IMG/VR virus record: IMGVR_UViG_3300003873_000004
Coordinates: 1-64,000 of that record
Source: a virus
Strand: one strand, 5' to 3'
Length of the DNA: 64,000 nt
Shown here: positions 1-10,244 of the stretch, piece after piece
Numbering within the stretch: the first letter of the stretch is position 1
Layout of the letters: each line of letters opens with the position of its first letter
The notes under the pieces: generated by a model
What the model saw: only the letters and a program-made list of their open reading frames with translations
The model's database searches: none
Told to the model about the DNA's origin: nothing
Made by a program: the position numbers and the translations under genes

Positions 1-260
1 CAGCAGGTAGAAAGATGTTTGCCAAGGTAGCAATATCTAATTCTGCTTCTGTGAATCCGAGTGTCACAACAAGTAATTATTTATTGACTATGTTGACGCA
101 ATATGTCAAGAGTCTTATTATTGTCGCAAATAATGTTGTTATTTCGAATTTGCCCATCGTCGCTTCTACTTTGAGATTCAACAATCATACACCCCAACCG
201 GGATATGTGTCTTGGTCAAACAACGCACAATTATTTTCCAGTAATACAATCATAAGGTAA
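1..260 (+). CDS. C-terminal part of a structural protein, probably a baseplate wedge subunit (5' truncated)
   Basis: Frame is open from the window start to the stop at 260; lies directly before gp8. Confidence 0.4.
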   Translation, partial: AGRKMFAKVAISNSASVNPSVTTSNYLLTMLTQYVKSLIIVANNVVISNLPIVASTLRFNNHTPQPGYVSWSNNAQLFSSNTIIR

Positions 261-266
261 TCAATC

Positions 267-1106
267 ATGCCAGCTATTATAACAAAATCAAACAAAACAA
301 ATCAAGCAGTTCATTTTGTAGATTTCTACAAAACTTCAAATGTTTTATATTATGGCATAGGAAGATCGACGCCGTGGACAAATGAAGTTAATCCGCCTGC
401 CGCTTTAGTTGCTACTAGCGAAGAAACCGCCGCATACGATGCCTTAGAAGGCGCTCATAAAGTTGACCCGAAAGATATTGTTCCGGTAGTTCCTCGCAAA
501 ACATGGACTGTCGGCACTGAATATGTGACCAAAGATTTAGCTATTGCCAATACGCAAGCAACAAACTTTTATGTCGTAACGTCAAATGCAGAAGTTTATA
601 TGTGTGAAAGTAAAGACCTTACAGGTAGTACCTACGCCAATCCTCCACTATCAGTGAATGAACCTACAGGAACGGGTATCGTGAACACCTCCGATGGATA
701 TACTTGGAAATTTTTATATGATTTGTCCATTTATGACTCGTCTACCTTGCTATCTACAAACTGGTTGCCCGTCAACTATGCTGATCATATCAGTACACTT
801 CAAACAAGTTCTGGGGACATTCATGCGGCGAAAACTTTGGACTGTAATGCCTGTCTTGTCAGAGGTTCGATTTCTGACATTGCTTTGAACACAAATATCA
901 CATATCGTCAAGTGACTATCATATCAAACCCATTAGCCTCTGATGGTGTGACTCTAGCTTCCGCTGTTGATTACACTAAGCCTGTAGATCCAACCTTTCC
1001 AGAATGGACTTTGTATAGTGGTGATATTCTTTACATAGACAATCGTTCGCCGATCACAAGAACCTTCGGCCAAAACGAAGAAATGTACACTGTTATTGAA
1101 TTTTGA
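267..1106 (+). CDS. gp8: Baseplate wedge subunit, T4 gp8-like
   Basis: YYGIGRSTPW, VVPRKTWTVG, FYVVTS..VYMC, DGYTWKFLY and GDILYIDNRSPITR..Q.E motifs typical of gp8. Confidence 0.9.
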   Translation: MPAIITKSNKTNQAVHFVDFYKTSNVLYYGIGRSTPWTNEVNPPAALVATSEETAAYDALEGAHKVDPKDIVPVVPRKTWTVGTEYVTKDLAIANTQATNFYVVTSNAEVYMCESKDLTGSTYANPPLSVNEPTGTGIVNTSDGYTWKFLYDLSIYDSSTLLSTNWLPVNYADHISTLQTSSGDIHAAKTLDCNACLVRGSISDIALNTNITYRQVTIISNPLASDGVTLASAVDYTKPVDPTFPEWTLYSGDILYIDNRSPITRTFGQNEEMYTVIEF

Positions 1107-1114
1107 TTTGTGCG

Positions 1115-1121
1115 CTAAATA
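1115..1121 (+). promoter_or_regulatory. Late (gp55-type) promoter CTAAATA, representative copy
   Basis: Same motif at 6524, 8337, 9223, 10048, 11368, 15953, 18350, 20161, 23750, 24682, 26133, 27846, 29464 (+) and 33743-33749, 35578-35584 (-), each upstream of a gene; variant of T4 TATAAATA. Confidence 0.8.
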
Positions 1122-1141
1122 ATACAACGGAGATTTAATAG

Positions 1142-4100
1142 ATGCCATCTTATAACAGTTCACCATATTTTGACGATTTTAACGCAAACAAAAACTTTTT
1201 GCGTGTGTTGTTTCGCCCAGGCAGAGCAGTTCAAGCGCGCGAATTGACTCAGGCTCAGACCATTCTTCAAAATCAGATTTCCTCTATGGCTTCTACCATA
1301 TTCAAAGAAAATTCGAGAGTTGTTGGTGCCACCACTTCAATCAAAACAAATAAGATGACGTTAGTTTTGAACACTACAGATTCTAACCATGCCGCAGTAG
1401 ATGTCAACACATTACTCGGATTGACTATTCAAGATGATACGACCGCATCAACTCAAGCAATCGTCACAGATGTTGATACAGCACAGAATGCGATTTTGCT
1501 TGATATTAAAGGTGGCTCTTTTGCTACAGGTACAGTATTCAGATTTTTAGATGCTATCACTGGAGCAACGTCAGCTAACACTTTCACTGTAGCATCTACA
1601 CATTATTCAATGGTAGCACACATCGATGCTGGTATTGTTTTTGTCAATAGTAAATTTGTCACAGTTCCAGCGCAAAACATTGTGGTTGATAGTTCTACTA
1701 CAATGGCAACGAAAGAATTTAATGTTGGATATGTAGTAAACGAGCATACCGTAGATTCTACACAGGATTCGACTCTTGTTGATAATGCTTCTGGTTCTTT
1801 GAACTTCAATGCGCCCGGCGCGGATAGACTTTCCGAATCTATAACACTTTCGGCTTATGAAGTATTGCGGGACGTGGCCGGAATAGAAACTTCTATCACA
1901 CCAAACAATTTCAGAAAAACTATGTTGATCAAAAATGGAGCGGTTCTTTCCGATCTTATTCAAAATGTAAAATATTCTGACATTTTAGATTTGCTGGCGC
2001 GCAGAACTTCGCTCGAATCCGGTAATTATGTCGTTCGCCCTTATAGAGTGACGACAAAAGCATCTACAAATCCAGCAAATTTCTCAGTTGATATTGGCGA
2101 AGGATCTGCTTTCGTGAATGGATATGAACTAAACAATCAATTCACCAAAACATTAGAAATTCCCAAATCCAGAGATTTTTCTACAGCAACAAATCAACAG
2201 TTGTATTTTGGCGCTGGCGCGTATTTTGATGTTTTGAATTTCACTGGCGCATTTGATGTTGATAATGAAGAGACTCTAACTTTCTACAATGGTGTGGGCG
2301 GAACAGGAACCGTTTTAGGTACAGCCAAGGTTTTGTCTGTTGTTCGAAATACTTTTGGGGATTTGCGTGTATATATTCAAAATTATGACAATTTTATTTC
2401 ATCGTTTTCTAGCGTTTCGTCATTTGTTGGCACTACAAGCGGAGCGAAAGCTAACGTAATTATAAAAAACAATAAAGCCGTATATTCTATTACTAATCAT
2501 TCTGACGCTATTGTTGATGTTTATGGTACTTCTAGCTACAATAACATTAAATCCATTCCCGCAGCTAGTGTAAGTTATGATGTGGTAAAAACCTTCTCCG
2601 CTGTTGCGGAAACTACGACAGGCTCAATGACGTATATATTGCCGGCTCCAAACACGTCTACAGATTTTTACGTCAATGGTGGCGTATATGCTCTTACCAA
2701 TTCAACAGGTGTGGAACTTGTTTTGGGGACAGACTACAGCATTTCTAGTGTGATCAATACTAACGGTGGAATTTCCACTATGACAATCGCAACAGTAGCA
2801 GCACAAGGTGCCATATCTGCCATTGTCCCGATGTATAAATCTGCAACAACAGCCAGACTAAAAAATGTAGTGAAAGGAACTCAAGAGACTATCACATCAG
2901 ACGTTAATGGTACAGTAAAACTTCTGACCGCCTATGATATTATCAATTTTGTAAGTGTTGAGGATATGACTGTTCCGGCCAGTCCTGTTGTCGTTCCTAG
3001 TGCGTCGTATGTTACTGATAACGGGCAACGAAATTGGTTCTATGATTTTGGTTCCGTTACGGGGCTAACCGCGAATACGTCTTATCGAATCACAGTAGAT
3101 CATTTCGATCACACGACTACTGGTGATTATTTCTCAGTTGATTCGTATATGAGTTTGCCAGCCAACTTGGATAGTGTTACAGGGTTCACTGATTTATATT
3201 CACGAATTGGTGATTATGCTAATGGCACATCTAGTTATAAATTGATCAATTGTATTGACACTCGTATGACAGTTGCCAATGCTGGTAATTCTGATAAAAT
3301 TCGAGCAGAATCACAAAATTTACAGATCAATTACGATTATTATATTGGCAGAATAGACAAAGTTTACATGGACTCACGTGGAAACTTCAATGTTTTATCG
3401 GGTATTCCATCAGAAAGTCCGAAAGAACCTACTTCTATTCCGGGGTCGATGGAAATTGCTATGTTTAGTATTCCTCCATACACGCACTCTTTTTCAGATG
3501 TTAGCTATGTTGGATTCAACAACACTCGTTATACGATGGCCGACATTGCCCGATTGGAAGCAAGATTGAAAAATGTGGAAGATTATACATCCTTGACGCT
3601 GTTAGAGAAAACGGCGCAGTCTATGTCAATTACTGATGCTAGAGGCCTGAATCGTTACAAAAATGGTATTTTTGTTGATGATTTTTCTTCTCACGCGAAC
3701 GGCAACACCACCGACCCTAATTACAATGCCACTATTGACCCGCTGGGCGGGCTAATGGCAAAACAGTCAGAAAACTTTAATGCTCTGAATGCTCGAACAT
3801 TGAATCGAACAAACATAGCAGAGCAGAAAAATCTAACCGTTCCAGCATTGAGCGCAGATACCGTTTCTCTTGGATATGTAGAAGTTGAGTTTATTTCACA
3901 AAAATTTAATTCGAATACCATAAACGTAAATCCTTACGCCGCTGTTGTGTGGCATGGTCAGGCAGCAATCAACCCTTCATCTGATATTTGGGTAGACACT
4001 ACATATTTGCCAACTAGCAACAATGTTCAAGGCGCAGTTGTTCAGGCATCGAGTTCAACGTCTACGCATGTTTCTATTCGGGACAAGTATTCTATGGTGT

Positions 4101-6337
4101 ATAATCCATACAACCATACAAAAGACCCAGGAGTCCTGGCCGGAATTTCAGCACAGATACAGGCAAGGCGGGCTTTAGGTATACCTCACGCCACTGGCGT
4201 CGCGATGAGCCAGAAAAGTGTCAAACAAGCATTTAATGGCGAAACACAAACGCAGGGTTGGGTCGCCCTTCAATTTAAGCGCAATAGAACGACAACAACT
4301 ACTGCTAATACGGTAACTGTTGTTCCAACTTCTTATACGACAACCACGGATAGCCTTGTATCAACTTCGGCTATTCCTTATATGCGTTCCCGTGCTGTAC
4401 ATTATACGCTTAGTGGAATGCGTCCAAATCAGACATTAATTTCTTCTTTTGACGGTATCGATGTTACTTCTCACTGTTCGAATCTTGTCGCAGATCCACA
4501 TGGTGGCTGTTCTGGCGTATTTACTATTCCTTCGGGACAATTCTTGACTGGAACCAAAACTTTGAAATTCTATGATGCGGTTGCTACAACCGATGCCAGC
4601 GCGGATTATTTCGCGCAGGGAACTTTACAACATCGTTTGATAACGACAACTACAATTCGCGGAAGTAGAACAGTCAACACAACCTCCACGAAAGTCACAA
4701 CAAAAGAAAAGCATGCCACTGTTTGGCTTGACCCAATCGCAGAAAGTTTCTTGCCAGTTACACCAAACGGAGAGGCGGGTGTGTATGTCACAAGTATAGA
4801 TTTGTTTTTCTCTACAAAAGCAACAGATTTGCCGGTAAGAATTTTCTTGGTTCCGACAAGTTCTGGAGTTCCAACGCAAAATATAATTCCATTATCTGAT
4901 GTTTCTTTGAACCCGGCTCAAGTGAACACATCTACAAATGGTTTCGTAGCAACGAATTTCAAATTTCAAGCCCCTGTTTATCTCGAAGCAAACGTAGAAT
5001 ATGCCGTTGTAATCACATCAAACAGTAATAACTATCATGTTTGGTATGCGAAACAGGGTGAGCCCACTTTGTTGAATCTAGCAGGTCAAACAGAAACAAA
5101 TAGAGGCGGTCTAGCTACGTCTAAACAACCATATTTGGGTGTTATGTTCAAATCACAAAACTCTTCAACTTGGACAGAAGATCAAAGTTCGGATTTGAAA
5201 TTCGTCATTCATCGTTGTGAATTTAATACTGCCGCTGGGTCTATGTACTTCGACACAGAGGATATGTCTGTTGCAACAGGTAACGGAAATGAAGGCATGA
5301 AAGCTAGCAGACTTCAGCCAAAACTCGAATCCCTGATCGTTGACGGCACCAATGTAGCGTATGATTATTCATTAGATAATGGAACTACATGGCTTCCGTT
5401 TGAAAATATATCCAAAATTTATAGTCCTACAACGCTAACATTGTCGACTGCCGCCGGCAACAAACCATTCAGCGTTCGAGCAACGATGACGACGAATAGT
5501 AGTTGGTTATCGCCAATGATAGATTTGAATAGAACCGGATATGCCACTTCATACAATGTTTATGACGTTAATCATGTTGGTGGAACGTATATTTCAAAAA
5601 CTGTTCAATTACAAAATCCAGCACTCGATTTCAGAGTTATGATAGATTTGCTCGAACCAGCAGGATCGAAGATTGACGTTTCGTTCAGTACGCAGACTCC
5701 TCAAGTTCCTATGAGCGCGACTAATGATTCTTTGAGTTATAGCGCAATTGATCTTGGTTTGATTGGCTTAGATTGTTTTGTATATCACAGGCAAACAACT
5801 ACTGGAAGTGTGACTAATGTTGGCGGATTTGTTCCAACAAAAATAACTAGCATTGATACTTTCGCCACAAACATCAGTAATATTGATATGTTTGTATCGC
5901 CAGCATCTTCGACAACGTATGCTGCTGTGGATAAAGTATTCTATACCAATGTTGCTGGATTGACTAATGTTATAGATTGGGTTGCTGGAAGTCATACAAT
6001 AGGAAGTTATGTATTCTATAATAACGCTATGTGGAAAGCATTGAACACAACAACAGCGGCGCCCACAACGAATTCGATTGATTGGGTAGAAATTCCATCA
6101 ATTTCAACCACTAGCGCAATGATTACCAACAATACGATAACTTGGCGACCAATGACAAGAACAAAAACATTGCCTGCCGGAATTGATCCAGGTTCTAACT
6201 TTTTCACATATACTCTAATTCCAGATAGTATTATCGAACAACCATTCGATAAATTTGCTGTGAAAATTGTCTTGACAAGTACGAATGACGCTGTTACTCC
6301 TACAGCGCAAAATCTAAGGGCGGTGGCAGCAACATGA
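1142..6337 (+). CDS. Large virion structural protein, VrlC/DUF4815-like
   Basis: N-terminal SPYFDDF..KNFLRVLFRPGRAVQARELTQAQTILQNQI, NFNAPGADRL, RYKNGIFVDDF, DPIAESF, MFKSQNSSTW; 1731 aa. Confidence 0.85.
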   Translation: MPSYNSSPYFDDFNANKNFLRVLFRPGRAVQARELTQAQTILQNQISSMASTIFKENSRVVGATTSIKTNKMTLVLNTTDSNHAAVDVNTLLGLTIQDDTTASTQAIVTDVDTAQNAILLDIKGGSFATGTVFRFLDAITGATSANTFTVASTHYSMVAHIDAGIVFVNSKFVTVPAQNIVVDSSTTMATKEFNVGYVVNEHTVDSTQDSTLVDNASGSLNFNAPGADRLSESITLSAYEVLRDVAGIETSITPNNFRKTMLIKNGAVLSDLIQNVKYSDILDLLARRTSLESGNYVVRPYRVTTKASTNPANFSVDIGEGSAFVNGYELNNQFTKTLEIPKSRDFSTATNQQLYFGAGAYFDVLNFTGAFDVDNEETLTFYNGVGGTGTVLGTAKVLSVVRNTFGDLRVYIQNYDNFISSFSSVSSFVGTTSGAKANVIIKNNKAVYSITNHSDAIVDVYGTSSYNNIKSIPAASVSYDVVKTFSAVAETTTGSMTYILPAPNTSTDFYVNGGVYALTNSTGVELVLGTDYSISSVINTNGGISTMTIATVAAQGAISAIVPMYKSATTARLKNVVKGTQETITSDVNGTVKLLTAYDIINFVSVEDMTVPASPVVVPSASYVTDNGQRNWFYDFGSVTGLTANTSYRITVDHFDHTTTGDYFSVDSYMSLPANLDSVTGFTDLYSRIGDYANGTSSYKLINCIDTRMTVANAGNSDKIRAESQNLQINYDYYIGRIDKVYMDSRGNFNVLSGIPSESPKEPTSIPGSMEIAMFSIPPYTHSFSDVSYVGFNNTRYTMADIARLEARLKNVEDYTSLTLLEKTAQSMSITDARGLNRYKNGIFVDDFSSHANGNTTDPNYNATIDPLGGLMAKQSENFNALNARTLNRTNIAEQKNLTVPALSADTVSLGYVEVEFISQKFNSNTINVNPYAAVVWHGQAAINPSSDIWVDTTYLPTSNNVQGAVVQASSSTSTHVSIRDKYSMVYNPYNHTKDPGVLAGISAQIQARRALGIPHATGVAMSQKSVKQAFNGETQTQGWVALQFKRNRTTTTTANTVTVVPTSYTTTTDSLVSTSAIPYMRSRAVHYTLSGMRPNQTLISSFDGIDVTSHCSNLVADPHGGCSGVFTIPSGQFLTGTKTLKFYDAVATTDASADYFAQGTLQHRLITTTTIRGSRTVNTTSTKVTTKEKHATVWLDPIAESFLPVTPNGEAGVYVTSIDLFFSTKATDLPVRIFLVPTSSGVPTQNIIPLSDVSLNPAQVNTSTNGFVATNFKFQAPVYLEANVEYAVVITSNSNNYHVWYAKQGEPTLLNLAGQTETNRGGLATSKQPYLGVMFKSQNSSTWTEDQSSDLKFVIHRCEFNTAAGSMYFDTEDMSVATGNGNEGMKASRLQPKLESLIVDGTNVAYDYSLDNGTTWLPFENISKIYSPTTLTLSTAAGNKPFSVRATMTTNSSWLSPMIDLNRTGYATSYNVYDVNHVGGTYISKTVQLQNPALDFRVMIDLLEPAGSKIDVSFSTQTPQVPMSATNDSLSYSAIDLGLIGLDCFVYHRQTTTGSVTNVGGFVPTKITSIDTFATNISNIDMFVSPASSTTYAAVDKVFYTNVAGLTNVIDWVAGSHTIGSYVFYNNAMWKALNTTTAAPTTNSIDWVEIPSISTTSAMITNNTITWRPMTRTKTLPAGIDPGSNFFTYTLIPDSIIEQPFDKFAVKIVLTSTNDAVTPTAQNLRAVAAT

Positions 6338-6531
6338 TCAGAACAGGCTCAGGCTTAGTTTCCTCGAACACATCAGCATATCATGCTAGACTGAAAGAGA
6401 TCGAAAATTCAAAAGAGAAAGTTTCTATGGGGCATCAGATGGAAACTATGATGAATAAAATTCGTGAACTGGAAGAGCGAATCGATGTCCTTGAGACAAA
6501 GAAAACAAGAGTTCGCAGCGGGACTAAATAA
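6334..6531 (+). CDS. Small coiled-coil hypothetical protein
   Basis: ATGA overlap with the upstream gene; usual position after the VrlC-like gene. Confidence 0.6.
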   Translation: MIRTGSGLVSSNTSAYHARLKEIENSKEKVSMGHQMETMMNKIRELEERIDVLETKKTRVRSGTK

Positions 6532-6565
6532 ATCATGGCACAACAAACGATAGATACTGTAGGCA
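6521..6565 (+). repeat. 45-bp direct repeat, copy 1 (late promoter plus first 10 codons)
   Basis: ggactaaataaatcatggcacaacaaacgatagatactgtaggca, identical at 8334-8378. Confidence 0.95.
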
Positions 6566-7767
6566 ACACAGACACCATCCAAACGGGTGGGCAGAAAATC
6601 AACGCCAATTTTACAGAATTGTATGGACAAAAAGGCGCGCCAAACGGAACAGCACCTTTAGACGCTTCGTCGTTAGTTCCTGTTTCGAATCTTCCAAATA
6701 TTCCATCATCTTTGCTGCCTCCAATAGCAATTACAAATACAACGGTGGTCGCTTCTCAAGCCGCTATGCTCGCTTTGACTGCGCAGACTGGTGACGTAGC
6801 TATCCGAACAGATAATTCGAACACCTATATCCTTCGTGGGTTGAATTCGACTGTTTTGTCTGATTGGGAACTACTTCCAATACCTACAGTTCCAGTTCAA
6901 AGTGTGGCGGGCAAAACTGGAGTTGTTGTTCTAACTTCCGCCGATGTGGGATTATCTAATGTCGACAACACTACAGACGCAGGAAAACCTATATCCGCAG
7001 CTACACAAACTGCCCTTAATGCGAAAGAAAACACAGCGAATAAAAATGTAGGTGGTGGCTACGCCGGCACAGACGCAAACAACGAGGTTGCCCGACCCCA
7101 AGCAGGCGCAGCCGCCCAAGTAGCCATAGGCCGCAATGAAGCAACCAAACGCGCTAATGGCACATGGAGCGCGTTGGCAGTAAGTCTGCCTGATGGTTAT
7201 GACGTACATGCTTGGTCTGACGCTTTAGTCAGTAATGTAGTTTACGATGTTTTCAATCCTGTTAATGCGCCTTCTAGTGGCTGGTGGCATCTTGAAGTCA
7301 TCAGGCATGCCAGTGATACGCCCATCAACCAGTGGCGCACTTTACGGATGACGGCGTTTAATAATACTAGCTATCCAAACGGCACAGTATTTACATCATC
7401 TAATGCTCTCGGCGGCTGGACACCATGGGTAAGGATGGCAACGGATGAGGCTCTGACGTGGATTACGCCTACGTTTGTGAATGGGTGGACGAGTTACGAC
7501 ACATCATGGCCTGCAGGCATTGCGAAGGATTCTATGGGCATGGTACAAGGGCGGGGTCTAGCAAGGGCAGGCACACTGACAATAGGGACTACGCTATTCA
7601 CACTCCCTGTAGGGATGCGCCCAACAGTAAACATATACTCACAGGCGGTATCTTCGTCCAGAGGTGTTGCGTCGTTTCAGATAGTCGTTACTGGAGAAGT
7701 GCAAATCATCACTTTCACAGGCAACGGGGCTTTTGTTGGTCTATCTTTCATCTTTAAGGCGGCATAA
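6535..7767 (+). CDS. Tail fibre/spike protein with gp9/gp10-like N-terminal anchor
   Basis: N-terminal QTIDTVG..DTIQTGGQKINANFTELY; VQSVAGKTG.V.L...DVGLSNVDNT fibre motif; C-terminal LFTLPVGMRP domain; GC rises after about 7060. Confidence 0.8.
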   Translation: MAQQTIDTVGNTDTIQTGGQKINANFTELYGQKGAPNGTAPLDASSLVPVSNLPNIPSSLLPPIAITNTTVVASQAAMLALTAQTGDVAIRTDNSNTYILRGLNSTVLSDWELLPIPTVPVQSVAGKTGVVVLTSADVGLSNVDNTTDAGKPISAATQTALNAKENTANKNVGGGYAGTDANNEVARPQAGAAAQVAIGRNEATKRANGTWSALAVSLPDGYDVHAWSDALVSNVVYDVFNPVNAPSSGWWHLEVIRHASDTPINQWRTLRMTAFNNTSYPNGTVFTSSNALGGWTPWVRMATDEALTWITPTFVNGWTSYDTSWPAGIAKDSMGMVQGRGLARAGTLTIGTTLFTLPVGMRPTVNIYSQAVSSSRGVASFQIVVTGEVQIITFTGNGAFVGLSFIFKAA

Positions 7768-7768
7768 C

Positions 7769-8311
7769 ATGAAACTAATCCATAAATACGACCCGACAAC
7801 AAAGCTCTACACAGAGGATTCATTCCTCACGGCTGACGCATCAACTAACATTACAGCACCAAAGACGTACACGCTGCCTGCCAGTTCTACCTACATCCAG
7901 CCAGTGGGTTTTCACAAGCCTAAGTGGAACGGCACGAAGTGGGTGGAAGGCGACAAGCCAGCCGTTCTAGTTTTAGCCAAGGCGGTCAAGAAGTCTGCAA
8001 TACTTGATGCCCACAGCAAAGCCCTTGATGCAGGCGTGTCATATCAGGGTGCGTTGTTTCAGTCGGATACACAGTCGATACAGACGCTCGCAGAAACGCT
8101 CACGGCACTAGGTAATGGCTGGACACTACCAGCAGGCTTCGCATGGATTGACGCGGCTAACACACCACACCCTGCAGACATTGTATTACTCAAAGGCTTG
8201 TCCACAGCCTTTGCCGATCATAAGTCAGCACTGTTCGCCCGGCTACAGGTGGCTAAAGCCGCCATTACAGCAGCCACTACAGCTATCGCTGTGAATCAGG
8301 TGGTATTGTGA
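7769..8311 (+). CDS. Tail fibre assembly/chaperone protein, DUF4376-like
   Basis: Follows the fibre gene; PKWNGTKWVE, FQSD..S, FAWIDAAN motifs; start moved to ATG 7769. Confidence 0.65.
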   Translation: MKLIHKYDPTTKLYTEDSFLTADASTNITAPKTYTLPASSTYIQPVGFHKPKWNGTKWVEGDKPAVLVLAKAVKKSAILDAHSKALDAGVSYQGALFQSDTQSIQTLAETLTALGNGWTLPAGFAWIDAANTPHPADIVLLKGLSTAFADHKSALFARLQVAKAAITAATTAIAVNQVVL

Positions 8312-8333
8312 AACGAACACTACGGTCGAAATA

Positions 8334-8378
8334 GGACTAAATAAATCATGGCACAACAAACGATAGATACTGTAGGCA
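8334..8378 (+). repeat. 45-bp direct repeat, copy 2
   Basis: Identical to 6521-6565. Confidence 0.95.
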
Positions 8379-8763
8379 CAGCAGCCAACACATCAACCAC
8401 GGATTTAGACCAGCTTAATATCTTGTTTGGATCGGCAGTAGGCATGACGATGGTGGCTGCCAGCACTACAGCCATGAATGCAATCAGAGCATCGGCAACC
8501 GCTATTTCGGCGTTAGTGGCAGCATCAACCACTTTTTCTTGGGTTGGCACAACCTGGAACGCTCCCGGGTCGAACAGACTATCGTAGCGGCAAGGGGGTT
8601 ATTAACTGGTGTTACTGGGTTGGATAACAGCAGTTTGATATACGTCAATCACTCAAGTATTGGATATACCGGTTTCAATCCAGCTTTACCTGTAGAGTTC
8701 AAAACATCACTAGGATTTATGGCATACATTGGCCCAGTAACCATTTCCTACATCATATTATAA
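8348..8763 (+). pseudogene. Chimeric fibre-like gene, apparently frameshifted near 8567-8569
   Basis: ORFs 8348-8587 and 8539-8763 join as ...WNAPG-VEQTIVAARG... if one G is added to cccggg; begins with the duplicated MAQQTIDTVG. Confidence 0.5.
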
Positions 8764-8772
8764 GGAGCCAAC

Positions 8773-9222
8773 ATGAAACTATTATTTGATAAAACTACAC
8801 GCCGCATGGCTGGCACGATTGAAGGCTCTACTAAAGGCATGCCATCTAATCTTGTCGTCGTCACCGCTGGCATGCCAACCACACCGGAAACGGCGTATCT
8901 GAACGCGGATAACGCCACAGTCAGTACCAAAGCACTGACAGCGGCGGAGACTAAAGCGCGTAATGCTGGGCCTGGGGGTAAATTACCTCCGCTACCTAGA
9001 CCACCTATTTCCAAGCTGGAGTTCATGAGCCTATTCACTGATGCGGAATTGGCTGCCATTTTCACAGCGGCTAAAACCAATGTAACGATGGAAGTTTGGG
9101 CGGAAAAGTTGAAAGCAGCAACACAGGTACATCTGGACAATCCAACCCTGATTGCTGGTGTGAAGGCATTAGAAGCGGCGTCACTTATCAAAGCAGGTCG
9201 CGCTGCGGTGATACTGAAATAA
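8773..9222 (+). CDS. Hypothetical protein, possibly tail-associated
   Basis: SD aaggag; ISKLEFMSLFT..E..AI motif seen next to phage fibre genes; GC-rich. Confidence 0.6.
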   Translation: MKLLFDKTTRRMAGTIEGSTKGMPSNLVVVTAGMPTTPETAYLNADNATVSTKALTAAETKARNAGPGGKLPPLPRPPISKLEFMSLFTDAELAAIFTAAKTNVTMEVWAEKLKAATQVHLDNPTLIAGVKALEAASLIKAGRAAVILK

Positions 9223-9257
9223 CTAAATAACTTCACCAAATTATCAAGGATTGAAAA

Positions 9258-9527
9258 TTGAGCGAAGAAATTACAAAAGAAGAATGGGCGCAGATAAAAT
9301 CTGCCTATCACGACCATCATGTGAGGATTCGAAATATCGAAGAGTATCTACATTTTCCTCCAGATTTCGGCCCCAGCGATCATGTTCATCAACATGTTAC
9401 GACGAAACTACAAGAAGAACGTAAAGCAGACAATCAAGCGCAGTTTATTAAATCGTTGTTTTTTGTTACAATGATTTTCATTCTCGGTTTAGTTGGATTG
9501 GGGGTGAAAGTATGGATATCTCAATGA
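9258..9527 (+). CDS. Membrane protein with one C-terminal TM helix (possibly lysis-related)
   Basis: Late promoter at 9223; hydrophobic C-terminal segment. Confidence 0.5.
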   Translation: MSEEITKEEWAQIKSAYHDHHVRIRNIEEYLHFPPDFGPSDHVHQHVTTKLQEERKADNQAQFIKSLFFVTMIFILGLVGLGVKVWISQ

Positions 9528-9886
9528 TGCTTTTAGATTCTACAGTCTGCGTGGCTAGTTTCATGTACATTAAAAAGGGACTAAAATTCATCGAAACAGC
9601 TAAGAATGACGACATTGTTCGCTATCCTGATTTAGTTATACGAGAACATTTTACAGATCATCTACAAGCGGTGGTCGTCGGATTAGTTGGTGGTTGTTTG
9701 TCATTGGTCTTTTCTATTGTTCATTTTATAGCACAGAATCTTTTTTTTATGGACGAGGAAGAATTGATCTTCATTGAGTATGGAACAGAGATTGGAATTG
9801 TTCTAGTTTTCGTTTCTGGAATAATGTTCATGTCTCATATGATCAAAGAAGAAACACCGGGGCACCCATTTTGTGTGAAGAATTAA
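9512..9886 (+). CDS. Multi-pass membrane protein
   Basis: Two or three hydrophobic segments; true start may be 9524. Confidence 0.5.
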   Translation: MDISMMLLDSTVCVASFMYIKKGLKFIETAKNDDIVRYPDLVIREHFTDHLQAVVVGLVGGCLSLVFSIVHFIAQNLFFMDEEELIFIEYGTEIGIVLVFVSGIMFMSHMIKEETPGHPFCVKN

Positions 9887-9990
9887 ATCGTTTCTAACGC
9901 GTTTGAATTTTCTTTTGATATAACCACTAAGGCTTACCTATAAAAACGTCACAGTGTTCATTCTACACGTCTTGCTGACTATGTTTCATA

Positions 9991-10019
9991 ATGCTAACAC
10001 ATTCAATTTGACATGTCAA
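9991..10019 (-). promoter_or_regulatory. Sigma70-type promoter on the minus strand
   Basis: TTGACA-N17-TAGCAT, same consensus as the other early promoters. Confidence 0.6.
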
Positions 10020-10079
10020 GTATTATTTTTGATCAAATCGTACGAAGCTAAATAATATGACAGGAGAATATTATATAAT

Positions 10080-10244
10080 ATGGCAGCAAACACCACTGAC
10101 GGCACAGATGGAAAAATTCAAATCATTTCTGATGCCACTCTGTTCACTGTTCCGGGCGACTGGAAAATTCAAGCGTCAGTGACAATAGGAACTTCAACTT
10201 GGAATTCTAACATCAAGAATTTCTTGGTTCAAGCTAATCTATAA
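10080..10244 (+). CDS. 54-aa protein resembling a short phage structural domain
   Basis: MAANTTDGTDGKIQIISDATLFTVPGDWKIQASVTIGTSTWNSNIKNFLVQANL; late promoter at 10048, SD caggag, TAATG overlap with the next gene; not in the ORF track. Confidence 0.5.
   Translation: MAANTTDGTDGKIQIISDATLFTVPGDWKIQASVTIGTSTWNSNIKNFLVQANL

Noticed and set aside
6535-9222. Diversity-generating retroelement or invertase switch at the fibre genes
   Set aside because: No reverse transcriptase, no adenine-variant repeat pair and no adjacent invertase; the repeats are direct and exact.
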